DNA from: a virus
Lineage: Duplodnaviria; Caudoviricetes
Virus record (IMG/VR): IMGVR_UViG_3300029288_007089
Span: 1-64,000 of that record
Strand: one strand, 5' to 3'
DNA: 64,000 nt
Part shown: positions 37,817 through 45,664 of the stretch, piece by piece
How positions within the stretch are numbered: the first letter of the stretch is position 1
Layout: each line of letters opens with the position of its first letter
Made by a program: the position numbers and the translations under genes
Notes under the pieces: generated by a model
Databases searched by the model: none
The model's input: the letters and a program-made list of their open reading frames with translations, nothing else
Told to the model about the DNA's origin: nothing

Positions 37817-38831
37817 GTTGTGCCCTCTTTTCGGCTAGCCAGTCGTCAGTCTCAACCGCGAATGCGTCCTTCGCCAGCACCCACAACAACTCTGCGTTCT
37901 GTAGCGCGTAGTGGCGCTGCGGCGAGGCGCGCGCCTCGCCGGTGGTGAACAGCCGCGCGAAGAGCGGCCACTGCGCCCGCGCCAGCTCGGACAGGTAATG
38001 CGTCGGCGGCTCGTAGGGCTGCCCGTCGCAGAGCGTGCGCGCGTGCACCGCCCGCGCGCAGTTGACCAGTTCGGCCCAGGCGTCGGGCGAGAGTTGGGCG
38101 AGCGGCGCGTATTTGTTGGGTGGTGGCACGCGCGACTCGACCTGCCGGATAAAGTGCCCCGTCATGGCGTCGTCGGGCACCTTACCGGCGGCATTGTCCG
38201 CAACCGTCTTAAGCCACCAGCCCATCAAGAACCAGTTAGGGTATTCGGTAGCGACGATGTCTTGCGCCTTCGTACCCCAGTCGAGACCGAAGCCGCGCAT
38301 GAGGAGAATCTTCTGATAGTCCGAATTCGACGACGACGGTGCGCGCGCGTCGCCATTTGCGCGCTCCGCGCCTATGGTGTCGTTATTATGGGTTGGTTCA
38401 GATGGGATAGTTCTTGTGACACCGGTGACACTAGGGGTAGTGTCATGGGTGACACTAGGGGTAGTGTCATGGGTGACACTAGTGTCATGGGTGTCACGCT
38501 TTCGAGGCTCATTCCATACCGTATAGACATTGGAATCGTAACGGCGCGTAGCAGGATCATAGCGGCGCTCGATGTCAACGTAGCCCGCGCATTCTAGCTC
38601 CTTGATGAGCCGAATGATCGTGCGCCGGCTAAGCCCTATATCTTTGGCGAGGCGTGTCATGCCTGGCCAGGCTGCCTGTTCTGAGTTCATGTATCCGCAA
38701 ATATTGGCATACAAAAGCCGTGCGCCTTGTGAGAGTGTCGTATCCCTAATGCACGCGACAGATACCGACGCCTTCCAGGGATCACCGCTCTTCAGTGTGC
38801 CATGTTCTGCGACCTCATCCGTGTTGCTCAT
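37788..38831 (-). CDS. Phage replication initiator (N-terminal winged HTH)
   Basis: LSQGARLLYANI...AWPGMTRLAKDIGLSRRTIIRLIKELECAGYV; internal iterons; precedes dnaB. Confidence 0.8.
   Translation of the reverse strand: MSNTDEVAEHGTLKSGDPWKASVSVACIRDTTLSQGARLLYANICGYMNSEQAAWPGMTRLAKDIGLSRRTIIRLIKELECAGYVDIERRYDPATRRYDSNVYTVWNEPRKRDTHDTSVTHDTTPSVTHDTTPSVTGVTRTIPSEPTHNNDTIGAERANGDARAPSSSNSDYQKILLMRGFGLDWGTKAQDIVATEYPNWFLMGWWLKTVADNAAGKVPDDAMTGHFIRQVESRVPPPNKYAPLAQLSPDAWAELVNCARAVHARTLCDGQPYEPPTHYLSELARAQWPLFARLFTTGEARASPQRHYALQNAELLWVLAKDAFAVETDDWLAEKRAQHEPAERETS
38416..38497. repeat. Palindromic iteron-like tandem repeats (probable origin)
   Basis: gtgacactaggggtagtgtcatgg at 38425-38448 and 38449-38472, plus a shortened copy at 38473-38490; each holds tgacact/agtgtca inverted arms. 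Confidence 0.75.
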
Positions 38832-39804
38832 GTGTGTGTCCGTTTAGGCGCTCTAGTATCCGTAGTACCTGATCCACGCAGCCGCTGGCATCCTTGTACA
38901 CTTCGGAGCCGGTGAACCGGATTACTGTCCATCCATTTTCCTGCAAGTAGCGCTCGCGTTGTGCGTCGTTCGTGCGCTGCTCTTTGGTTTTGTGATAGTC
39001 GTGACCGTCTAGCTCGATGGCTATAAACCGTTCGGGAATGGCAAAGTCAATGCGGTAAGAACCCACAGAATATTGTGGATCAACGGTGAGTCCGGTTCGA
39101 AGCGCGGCCAAATAGAACATTTCTTCGATGGGCGATTCTGTTCTGCTTAGGGCCTCATTGGTAGTTTCATAATTGCGAACGACACGCATCAGGGCTTCAG
39201 TGGGATCAGAGAAGTCAAAGATCAGCCGTGACGCCATTCGGTAGACAAACCAGAGGTCATCATATACCTGTGGGCCGGCAATGATGACAAATTTATCGAA
39301 GCTGCGCGCGTATCCTATTTCTGCCAGCGTCCCGAATGCAGAGGGATCATCTAGCCACGCGTAGAACACGTCACAATCTCGAATGGCCGCCAAGCATCGC
39401 CTGACAATAGACGATTGCAATGAAGTCCTAAATTCTGGATTGTAACTTTCGTTAGGATACTGGAGCGCCTCGCCAGTTTCGGAATTGATACCATCGCGAT
39501 AGGGCGAATATTCGGCGTCATACGTGCAGATAAAGCCATGAGAGTTGGAACCATGAAAGCACCCATGATCGTCGGAGACAAAGAACGGGCCTACATAATG
39601 ATGCTGATCTGCGATGGCGTATCGTAGGGGTCTCCATTGCAGTGTCATAACATCTTCATCTGCGCTCTTTGAGCGCACGTTATAGGTAGTGATCGCATTG
39701 GAGCCACAGGAACCGATGAATTGTTCACCCAGGCCGCGCACAATCTTGTGTCGCCAATCATTCTTGGCAATCTTCCCCGCGAGATAAAAGCTAAGCGGTT
39801 CCAT
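38815..39804 (-). CDS. Nucleoside 2-deoxyribosyltransferase-like domain fused to a DUF559/Vsr-like endonuclease
   Basis: AIRDCDVFYAWLD...GTLAEIGYA; SPIEEMF...YRIDFAI...IELDGHDYH...DAQRERYLQENGWTVIRF. Confidence 0.75.
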   Translation of the reverse strand: MEPLSFYLAGKIAKNDWRHKIVRGLGEQFIGSCGSNAITTYNVRSKSADEDVMTLQWRPLRYAIADQHHYVGPFFVSDDHGCFHGSNSHGFICTYDAEYSPYRDGINSETGEALQYPNESYNPEFRTSLQSSIVRRCLAAIRDCDVFYAWLDDPSAFGTLAEIGYARSFDKFVIIAGPQVYDDLWFVYRMASRLIFDFSDPTEALMRVVRNYETTNEALSRTESPIEEMFYLAALRTGLTVDPQYSVGSYRIDFAIPERFIAIELDGHDYHKTKEQRTNDAQRERYLQENGWTVIRFTGSEVYKDASGCVDQVLRILERLNGHTHEQHG

Positions 39805-40138
39805 TCCCGTGCTCCTTCTCGTGGCACTCCCGGCACAGCACAACCACGTCGCGGTCACGTTCGCAGCCGAGGTTTTCATAGGTAAGGTGGTGCACGTCAA
39901 TAAGTCCATACCGCTCGCCACATTCCTCGCAGGTGCGATCGCGGTCCTTTAGAATACGCGCCCGGAACGCGCGCCAGTGCACCGTGCGCAGGTACTGCTC
40001 GTAGGGCATGGCGCGGTACTTCTCAGTCGTCGCTTCCGCCAGCGCGTCGCCGGCGCGGTCCTGTCGGCGCTGCGCAATGCCGAGGCGCGTTTCGTGTTGC
40101 TGGACCAGAACTGCCGTCAATGTGCGTTTCCTAGACAC
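39791..40138 (-). CDS. HNH-type nuclease
   Basis: YLRTVHW...CEEC...VHHLTYENLG...LCRECHEKEH. Confidence 0.8.
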   Translation of the reverse strand: MSRKRTLTAVLVQQHETRLGIAQRRQDRAGDALAEATTEKYRAMPYEQYLRTVHWRAFRARILKDRDRTCEECGERYGLIDVHHLTYENLGCERDRDVVVLCRECHEKEHGNGTA

Positions 40139-40311
40139 AAAAAGCCGCCTTTTCCTTGTACGGGAATAGCGGCTGTGGTATGCTCTCTTTTGGGCATTGC
40201 CGTGGTCGCTAGTCCCGTCACGGTGATGTCTGGAGCGCCGGCGGGTCCGAACCGCTGGCGCTCACTGTTCAGTTGTCCCCCCATTATACTCGAACATCCG
40301 TGCGTCGTCAA
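40136..40311 (-). promoter_or_regulatory. Promoter TTGACG-17-TATAAT with long structured leader ending in a terminator-like hairpin
   Basis: -35 at 40306-40311, -10 at 40283-40288; agccgc...gcggct stem followed by TTTTTG on the minus strand. Confidence 0.55.
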
Positions 40312-40316
40312 CCGCG

Positions 40317-41057
40317 TCACAGCCCCGCCTCCGTAAACAGCGGCAGCCCCGCCACCGGCGAGTACCGCCCCTCCAGGCACGCGCGCACGTGCTGCGCCAC
40401 ATAGCGCCCCATTGCCAGCGGGACGCCGTTGCCGAGCAGGTGCACGCACATGACCTGGTGCGCCCGCCGCGACAGTTCCGCCGGCCACGCGGCGCGCATG
40501 TCATTGGCGAATTCCGGGAAGCCCTGGAGCCGCGCCGCGTCCTGCGCGCTCAGTTCCTCGTGCCCAACGAAGCGCTGGCGCGGTGTGCGCCGCTTCCAGT
40601 TCGTCGCAATGACGGAATATTCGCCCCGCCCCGGTCGCGCTTCCGGTGCGGGCGCAGGCGGCAGGCCGTAAAAGTAGAACAGGCGCGTGCGCTGCGTGTT
40701 GCCGCCGCAGTCCCAGTCGGACAGGCGCGTGTACTCCCATGCCGGCGCGTGCGCCTCCACACCGGGCACGTTCTCCATCACCGCCCATGTCGGCTGTGCC
40801 TCTTCGACAATGCGCAGGAATTCGGGTATCAGGTTCACCGCGCCGGTGCCCGTAAACGCGGCGCTGCTAAACGTCTGGCAGGGCGGCCCGCCGATAATGC
40901 CGTCGAAGCGGCCCGGCGGTGCGCGGAAGTCGCGCACGTCGCCGCCCCACAGCACGTCCGGCCCGCGCACCACGCAGAAGCCCTCCGCCTCGAACGCGCG
41001 CCCGAAGAGGTCCGCGCCGGGGAACAGGGAGAGCACGAGTGGCGTCAACCGCGTCAC
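40317..41057 (-). CDS. DNA cytosine-5 methyltransferase
   Basis: LSLFPG, GGPPCQTFS, MENV, QRTR, AARLQGFP, LGNGVP. Confidence 0.9.
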   Translation of the reverse strand: MTRLTPLVLSLFPGADLFGRAFEAEGFCVVRGPDVLWGGDVRDFRAPPGRFDGIIGGPPCQTFSSAAFTGTGAVNLIPEFLRIVEEAQPTWAVMENVPGVEAHAPAWEYTRLSDWDCGGNTQRTRLFYFYGLPPAPAPEARPGRGEYSVIATNWKRRTPRQRFVGHEELSAQDAARLQGFPEFANDMRAAWPAELSRRAHQVMCVHLLGNGVPLAMGRYVAQHVRACLEGRYSPVAGLPLFTEAGL

Positions 41058-41683
41058 AGCCCCAACTCCTCCTGCACCGCGCCCGCCTCCAACACAACAT
41101 CGCACGCAATCTCATTACCCCACACATCCCAGCCCGGCCAACGCCGCCGCGCGAAAAGCTCCAGCCGGCGCGTGTTGGGATAGAGGCGGTCGATCAGGGC
41201 GTATTGCGCGTCAGGCTTGCGGCTGTGCTCGCGCACCGGCGCGAGGATCACGTCCAGAACGTCGTGCGCCGCCACCGGCATCCGCCCGCGCACCGCCAGC
41301 AGGCAGAACTCGGCGTTCGCGCGGGTGTAGTAGCCCAGGCCCATGTGTAGGCCCGCCCCGCTGCGCTGCGTCTTGACCCAGGTCCAGGCTACCGTGGCGT
41401 AGCGAAAGCCCCAGGCCTCGATCACCTGCTGCGGCGCGCTCAGGCTCCCCGGCGCGCCCAGCAGCAGGGGGCGGGTGGTCCAGTAGAAGAGCGCGGCGTT
41501 GTCCGCCGCCAGGCCCGCCACCGGGAGCCGGCACAGCGCCTCAGTGGACATAACCGGGTAGTGGCGCTCCGGTGAGCGCCCCTTGCCCCGGTCGCTGCGC
41601 GTCTCGAAGCGCGTGGGCGGATCGGCCAGAATGATGTCATACACATCATCGTCCGTTCCACGCAACCGCCCCCGCGTCGTCAT
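41054..41683 (-). CDS. MT-A70 family adenine methyltransferase
   Basis: ILADPP, HYPVM, AWGFRY...WVK, GLGYYTRANAEFCLLA, REHSRKPD, LELFAR. Confidence 0.92.
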   Translation of the reverse strand: MTTRGRLRGTDDDVYDIILADPPTRFETRSDRGKGRSPERHYPVMSTEALCRLPVAGLAADNAALFYWTTRPLLLGAPGSLSAPQQVIEAWGFRYATVAWTWVKTQRSGAGLHMGLGYYTRANAEFCLLAVRGRMPVAAHDVLDVILAPVREHSRKPDAQYALIDRLYPNTRRLELFARRRWPGWDVWGNEIACDVVLEAGAVQEELGL

Positions 41684-41901
41684 GCCCCCGCCTCCGCAAA
41701 CAACTCCGCCAGCGTCATATTCAGCGCCGCGCATATCACCGCCAGCGTCGTCAATTGTGGCGCTCTGCCATGTTCCACTTCATGGATCGTCGTCGCGCAT
41801 ACCTCACCATTGGCGCGGTTCACTACCGCGTCGCGCGACAGGCCCAGCGCCTCGCGCCGCTTGCGCAGGATCGCACCGAGTGCGTAGGCGTCAAGTGTCA
41901 C
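41680..41901 (-). CDS. XRE-family HTH regulator
   Basis: LRKRREALGLSRDAV...TIHEVEHG. Confidence 0.8.
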   Translation of the reverse strand: MTLDAYALGAILRKRREALGLSRDAVVNRANGEVCATTIHEVEHGRAPQLTTLAVICAALNMTLAELFAEAGA

Positions 41902-42943
41902 GCCCGTCCCTCCGTCATCGGCGTCGCCGCCTCTTCCCGCGCCGCGTCGGCGTGGCGCTGCATGGCGTTGGCGCGCAGGTCACGCTCCAGCGCGCAGGGT
42001 TCGTGCAGCCACACGTGCCCGCAGTGGCGACAGTAGTAGCCGTCGCGCGCCGCCTCGATACTGTCCGGGTCGTGGCCGCAGTTGGGGCAATGGGTGGGTG
42101 TCACGCTATAGTCTCCTATGCCATTCCCGCGCCGACCAACTGTCGCTGTTCAGTTCGTTGCCGTCCATGTCGAGCATGACGCCGAATACGCCATCGGCGC
42201 GGGCCTCGAACCATAGCCATAACCGGTTCGCAACGTCACCGGCGTACAGCAATAGCCAGTAGGCGGCGCGCAGGAAACGGTAGCGCAAGCGCGTCACGCC
42301 GCCCGCCTCGCGTACCGGTCGCACAGCGTTTGCGCCAAGTCTGCCGTCACCCATATCAGGAAGAGCGCTGTCAGCGCGTCGGCGCTGTCCACGCCCTGCG
42401 AGATCGCCAGCGCATAGACGAAGATCGCCCCCGCCTTGAATACATCAAGCAATCCGTTCAGTTCAGTCACGAATTTCACGCGCGTCATTTTATTGTCTCC
42501 GTTCACGTCCCCGCCTCCACCGGCAATACCGTCGCCACCTGCCGCCGGCTGTGATCCCACGCGATGCAGAAGCGCAGGCCGGCGTACTCCACCTCGCGGA
42601 TGCTGATGCGGTTGCTCTCGCGTCGCACCAGCCGGCTCTCGTTGCGCGTCACGAGGTGCGCAATGCGCCGCAGGTCTTCCTCGCTCCACCGCGCGCCGAG
42701 CCGTTGCCGCGCGCGGCGTATGGCATGAACGCGCTGCGCCTGGCGCTTCGTTCACGCCCCCGCCTCCAGGTTCCGCCCGAACACCGTCAACTCGTGCCCC
42801 CGGCACTGCGCGTTGGGGCACGTGCGCCGCAGCGTATTGCGCTGCGCATAAGGCACCCAGCCGGTCGTGAAGCCGCACAACGGGCACCGCGCCTGCGCTT
42901 CGGGCTGCTTCGTCTTCGTGGGTGTTGCGACGCGGGCGCTCAC
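41898..42943 (-). other. Run of small hypothetical ORFs (41898-42104 Zn ribbon, 42106-42297, 42294-42488, start-less ORF at ~42500-42750, 42752-42943 Zn ribbon)
   Basis: Overlapping stop/start junctions (GTGA/ATGA). Confidence 0.5.
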
Positions 42944-43068
42944 TGGCGCACCCTCGCCGGATGCTTCTTGGCGACGTGAATATCCAACTTGTTCGCGCCG
43001 ACCTTCATGCCGCACCAGGGGCACGTAACCATTGCGGGGGTCGTAACGCCGGTCTTCTTCTTGGACAC
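42940..43068 (-). CDS. 42-aa C2H2-type zinc-finger microprotein
   Basis: AGGAG RBS, GTG start, MSKKKTGVTTPAMVTCPWCGMKVGANKLDIHVAKKHPARVRQ; stop overlaps the next GTG. Confidence 0.65.
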   Translation of the reverse strand: MSKKKTGVTTPAMVTCPWCGMKVGANKLDIHVAKKHPARVRQ

Positions 43069-43095
43069 GTCATACTCCTATCGCACTCAGGCACA

Positions 43096-43188
43096 TGCGC
43101 TGTTCCCGGAGTCGAACCGGGCCGCGACGTGGTGTGCGCCGCGTACCATACTCATTGCCGCGTCGGTGGGCGGCTAGAGGAACAGCGC
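43096..43188 (-). ncRNA. tRNA-like RNA (acceptor stem plus T-arm, non-canonical interior)
   Basis: GCGCTGTT/AACAGCGC-A stem stacked on CCCGG-TTCGACT-CCGGG; no clean anticodon arm found. Confidence 0.55.
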
Positions 43189-44288
43189 CAGTGGACCGGC
43201 GCTTCCGCGCGCACGGCATGGAGCCGACTTTCGCGGCAGGGAGAGCGGTTGCCGTCCCTCGGCAAAGGCGAAGCGTTCCAGCCTGTGTTAAAGTCCCTGA
43301 ACCGGACCGGTCATGACGCGATCCGGTTCAGGGGGTGCGTGCCCTGGCGTGCGCCGTGCGCACGCTGGTACTAACCGCTCATGTTAAGTTGCCGCCCCCG
43401 ACAACAGGTTAAAAAGCGTGTGACAGTTGACGCATGTATGCGCGCCGGGGGCGGCTGCAAAACGGGCGCGGCGGGGCTTGATACCCGATTGCCGGCAAAC
43501 GTGCGGCGGAGCGTACCGCCGTCACTCATCCCGCCGCGCTACCGACGGGACTTACGACCAACGATGCCGGCTCAGTCGTTAAGGCCTCGCGGCCATAGCG
43601 TGTCCTTCCACGCCGCGCGCCCGTTGTTGCCTATGTTGTTGTAAAAGTCCTGGGCGCTCACATGCTCCGTCTGGAGCGTCAGCCCCGCCATTTGCGGTTG
43701 GTCCGGGTGCGCCCGTCGGTTTGCCCCGCCCCGGCTGCGGGGTCGCTGAATGGTACGTGCCACCGTAACCACACGTCATGCCTATATTGCCCCCTCCGGG
43801 GTGGGGCGGTGCAGCCCGCCTTGCGGCCCGGTTGCCGCCCCACCCGCTGCCAGGAGGAGGAGATATGAACCACCGGGGGCGTCGCCTCTATGCCGGGCTA
43901 GCGACGCGGGTCAAGGAGTCAGGACGTAAATGCACAACGCCCCCCGGCATGGCCCGCGTAAAGCGCCCCGGTTGCCTTCATATTCTTCACAAACGCTCTA
44001 TGTGCGCCTGACATACGTTCATACGTTTTTAGTCTCATACCGAACGTTCACCGAGCGTTCGCGAAAATCATCATATGCTGTTATTAACGTTCTACACTCG
44101 CTATGCTATATTTAGTTGGAAAGGTGCTGCCCCCGCCCCGACGCAGGAGCGCCGCGACTACCAGGGTTGGAGCGCATAGAGCGCCAGGGCGGGGACGCGA
44201 GCTAGGCACTAACGACTTTGGCGAGTGGATAGTGTTTAGCTCTAGAACATGCGGTCTGGTGACATTATAGCACAGAAACCAGACACAC

Positions 44289-44320
44289 AAATGGCCCTCA
44301 CTTCGGTGGGGGCTATTTGT
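44289..44320. terminator. Hairpin with UUCG/CGAA loop downstream of the repressor-like gene
   Basis: gccctcac-ttcg-gtggggc flanked by aaat/atttgt. Confidence 0.5.
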
Positions 44321-44608
44321 TTACGCCCTTATCAGGACGTTCCTCTCCTGGGCCGTCATGGGGACATTGCCGTCCACGCGCACCACAAGATCGTTGATGT
44401 CCTCTAGTCCGAGAAAATCCATGATCTTGTCGGCGGTGGTCCGGCGATAGTCACTCAGGTAGAACTTGGAACCAACCTGCGCCTCATACCACGTGCGCAG
44501 CGTTCGGTCACTGACGCCAATTTCCCGCGACAACTGTTCCCAGTCGATGCGGGCGTACTTCGGCAGACGCTTGCCCAGGAGAGTAGCAAAGTGTGTCTGG
44601 TATCGCAC
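44321..44608 (-). CDS. HTH transcriptional regulator (repressor/Cro-like)
   Basis: WEQLSREIGVSDRTLRTW; first gene of the leftward arm at the divergence point. Confidence 0.75.
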   Translation of the reverse strand: MRYQTHFATLLGKRLPKYARIDWEQLSREIGVSDRTLRTWYEAQVGSKFYLSDYRRTTADKIMDFLGLEDINDLVVRVDGNVPMTAQERNVLIRA

Positions 44609-44645
44609 TATGGACCGTCACCTCCTCTCGCGCATGGTTAAATCC

Positions 44646-44710
44646 ATTATAGAGACTTCCGCCGATTTGTCAACTAAGTAGTTGACAGAGAAACGTATTT
44701 CTGCTAGAAT
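44646..44710. promoter_or_regulatory. Back-to-back sigma70 promoters (genetic switch region)
   Basis: Minus TTGACA-16-TATAAT (44668-73, 44646-51); plus TTGACA-17-TAGAAT (44682-87, 44705-10); the -35 boxes form the palindrome tgtcaacta-ag-tagttgaca. Confidence 0.8.
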
Positions 44711-44732
44711 GTAGTCAAGTACGGAGGCATCA

Positions 44733-45089
44733 ATGACAAAGCCGGATCGCTGTGTTGATTGTGGAATAGAACTGACGCCCGCAAATCTTGATGGTTTCTG
44801 GCCGATAAGCGTGACGCGCATTCGCTGCAATGACTGTATAAGAAAGCGCCGGAAACTTGAATATGTGGCGGGTAAAGCAGTGCAAGATGCAATCAGGCAC
44901 GGCGATCTACCCAAGGCCCAGGCGTTGAAATGCGCAATGTGTGGCAAGCCGGCGTATGACTATCATCACCACAGGGGCTACGATGAGGCACACCACCTTG
45001 ATGTCATCCCGCTTTGTCGGAAGTGCCATGTACGACTACACACAAAAGAAATCTTGGCGCTAAAAGAGGCGGCTCGCGCCGCTTCGTAA
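44733..45089 (+). CDS. Zn-binding HNH-like protein
   Basis: CVDC, CNDC, CAMC...YHHHRGY...LDVIPLCRKCH. Confidence 0.7.
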   Translation: MTKPDRCVDCGIELTPANLDGFWPISVTRIRCNDCIRKRRKLEYVAGKAVQDAIRHGDLPKAQALKCAMCGKPAYDYHHHRGYDEAHHLDVIPLCRKCHVRLHTKEILALKEAARAAS

Positions 45090-45120
45090 AATCCGGTCAC
45101 GGGCACGAAAGGAGACTATC

Positions 45121-45537
45121 ATGCCCACGAAATATGTTGAGCGAACGAAGAGTGGCCTCCCCGCAATGTGGGAGGCGGGTGGCGGAATGTCCAACACGGG
45201 CAACGCTACCATCATCGCGCGTGCCGACGGTAGCCCGAAATCTGCCGTCTACGTGCGCACGCGCGGCACCCTCGCCGGCGAACGCCACGCGCTGATCGCG
45301 GTGGAGCCTGGCGACCTCGTAGTCGATGCGGACCATCATCGCTACGACTTCGAAATCATGGTTGACCAGATCGTCAGCATCAACGGCAAGGAAGCCGAAA
45401 CGCGGACGCTCTATACCTACTCGCGCGGCGAGTGGGACAAGAAACCACCCGCCGGCGTCCTGCGCGCGGTTGAGGCTGCACGCGAGAAGGCGCAGTGCTA
45501 TCACTGCCGGGAGCCGCACTACATTGCAAAGTCGTAG
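45121..45537 (+). CDS. Hypothetical phage protein
   Basis: 138 aa, AAGGAG RBS. Confidence 0.65.
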   Translation: MPTKYVERTKSGLPAMWEAGGGMSNTGNATIIARADGSPKSAVYVRTRGTLAGERHALIAVEPGDLVVDADHHRYDFEIMVDQIVSINGKEAETRTLYTYSRGEWDKKPPAGVLRAVEAAREKAQCYHCREPHYIAKS

Positions 45538-45664
45538 TATACTGTAAAAGCGAAGGCGCGCCGTCAGTTTAGCAGACCAGCGGCGCGCCCCAGCCCTACG
45601 TTCGGTAGTCGCGGGCTATCCCCATTATGACATAGCTCGCGGCCTAGGTCAATAGGAGCGTTCT

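Noticed and set aside
40317-41683. Restriction-modification system
   Set aside because: The C5 and MT-A70 methylases have no clear cognate restriction enzyme; routine orphan anti-restriction methylases
42495-42755. Protein-like frame (RVHAIRRARQRLG...) lacking a start codon after the upstream stop
   Set aside because: Probably a 1-nt indel or non-canonical start; too little evidence to call a recoding event
43096-43188. Canonical tRNA or tmRNA
   Set aside because: No foldable anticodon arm, no G3-U70 alanine identity pair, no tag ORF; kept only as tRNA-like
44046-44060. GTTC-N7-GTTC, resembling an alphaproteobacterial LexA box
   Set aside because: Single occurrence, host unknown, short motif
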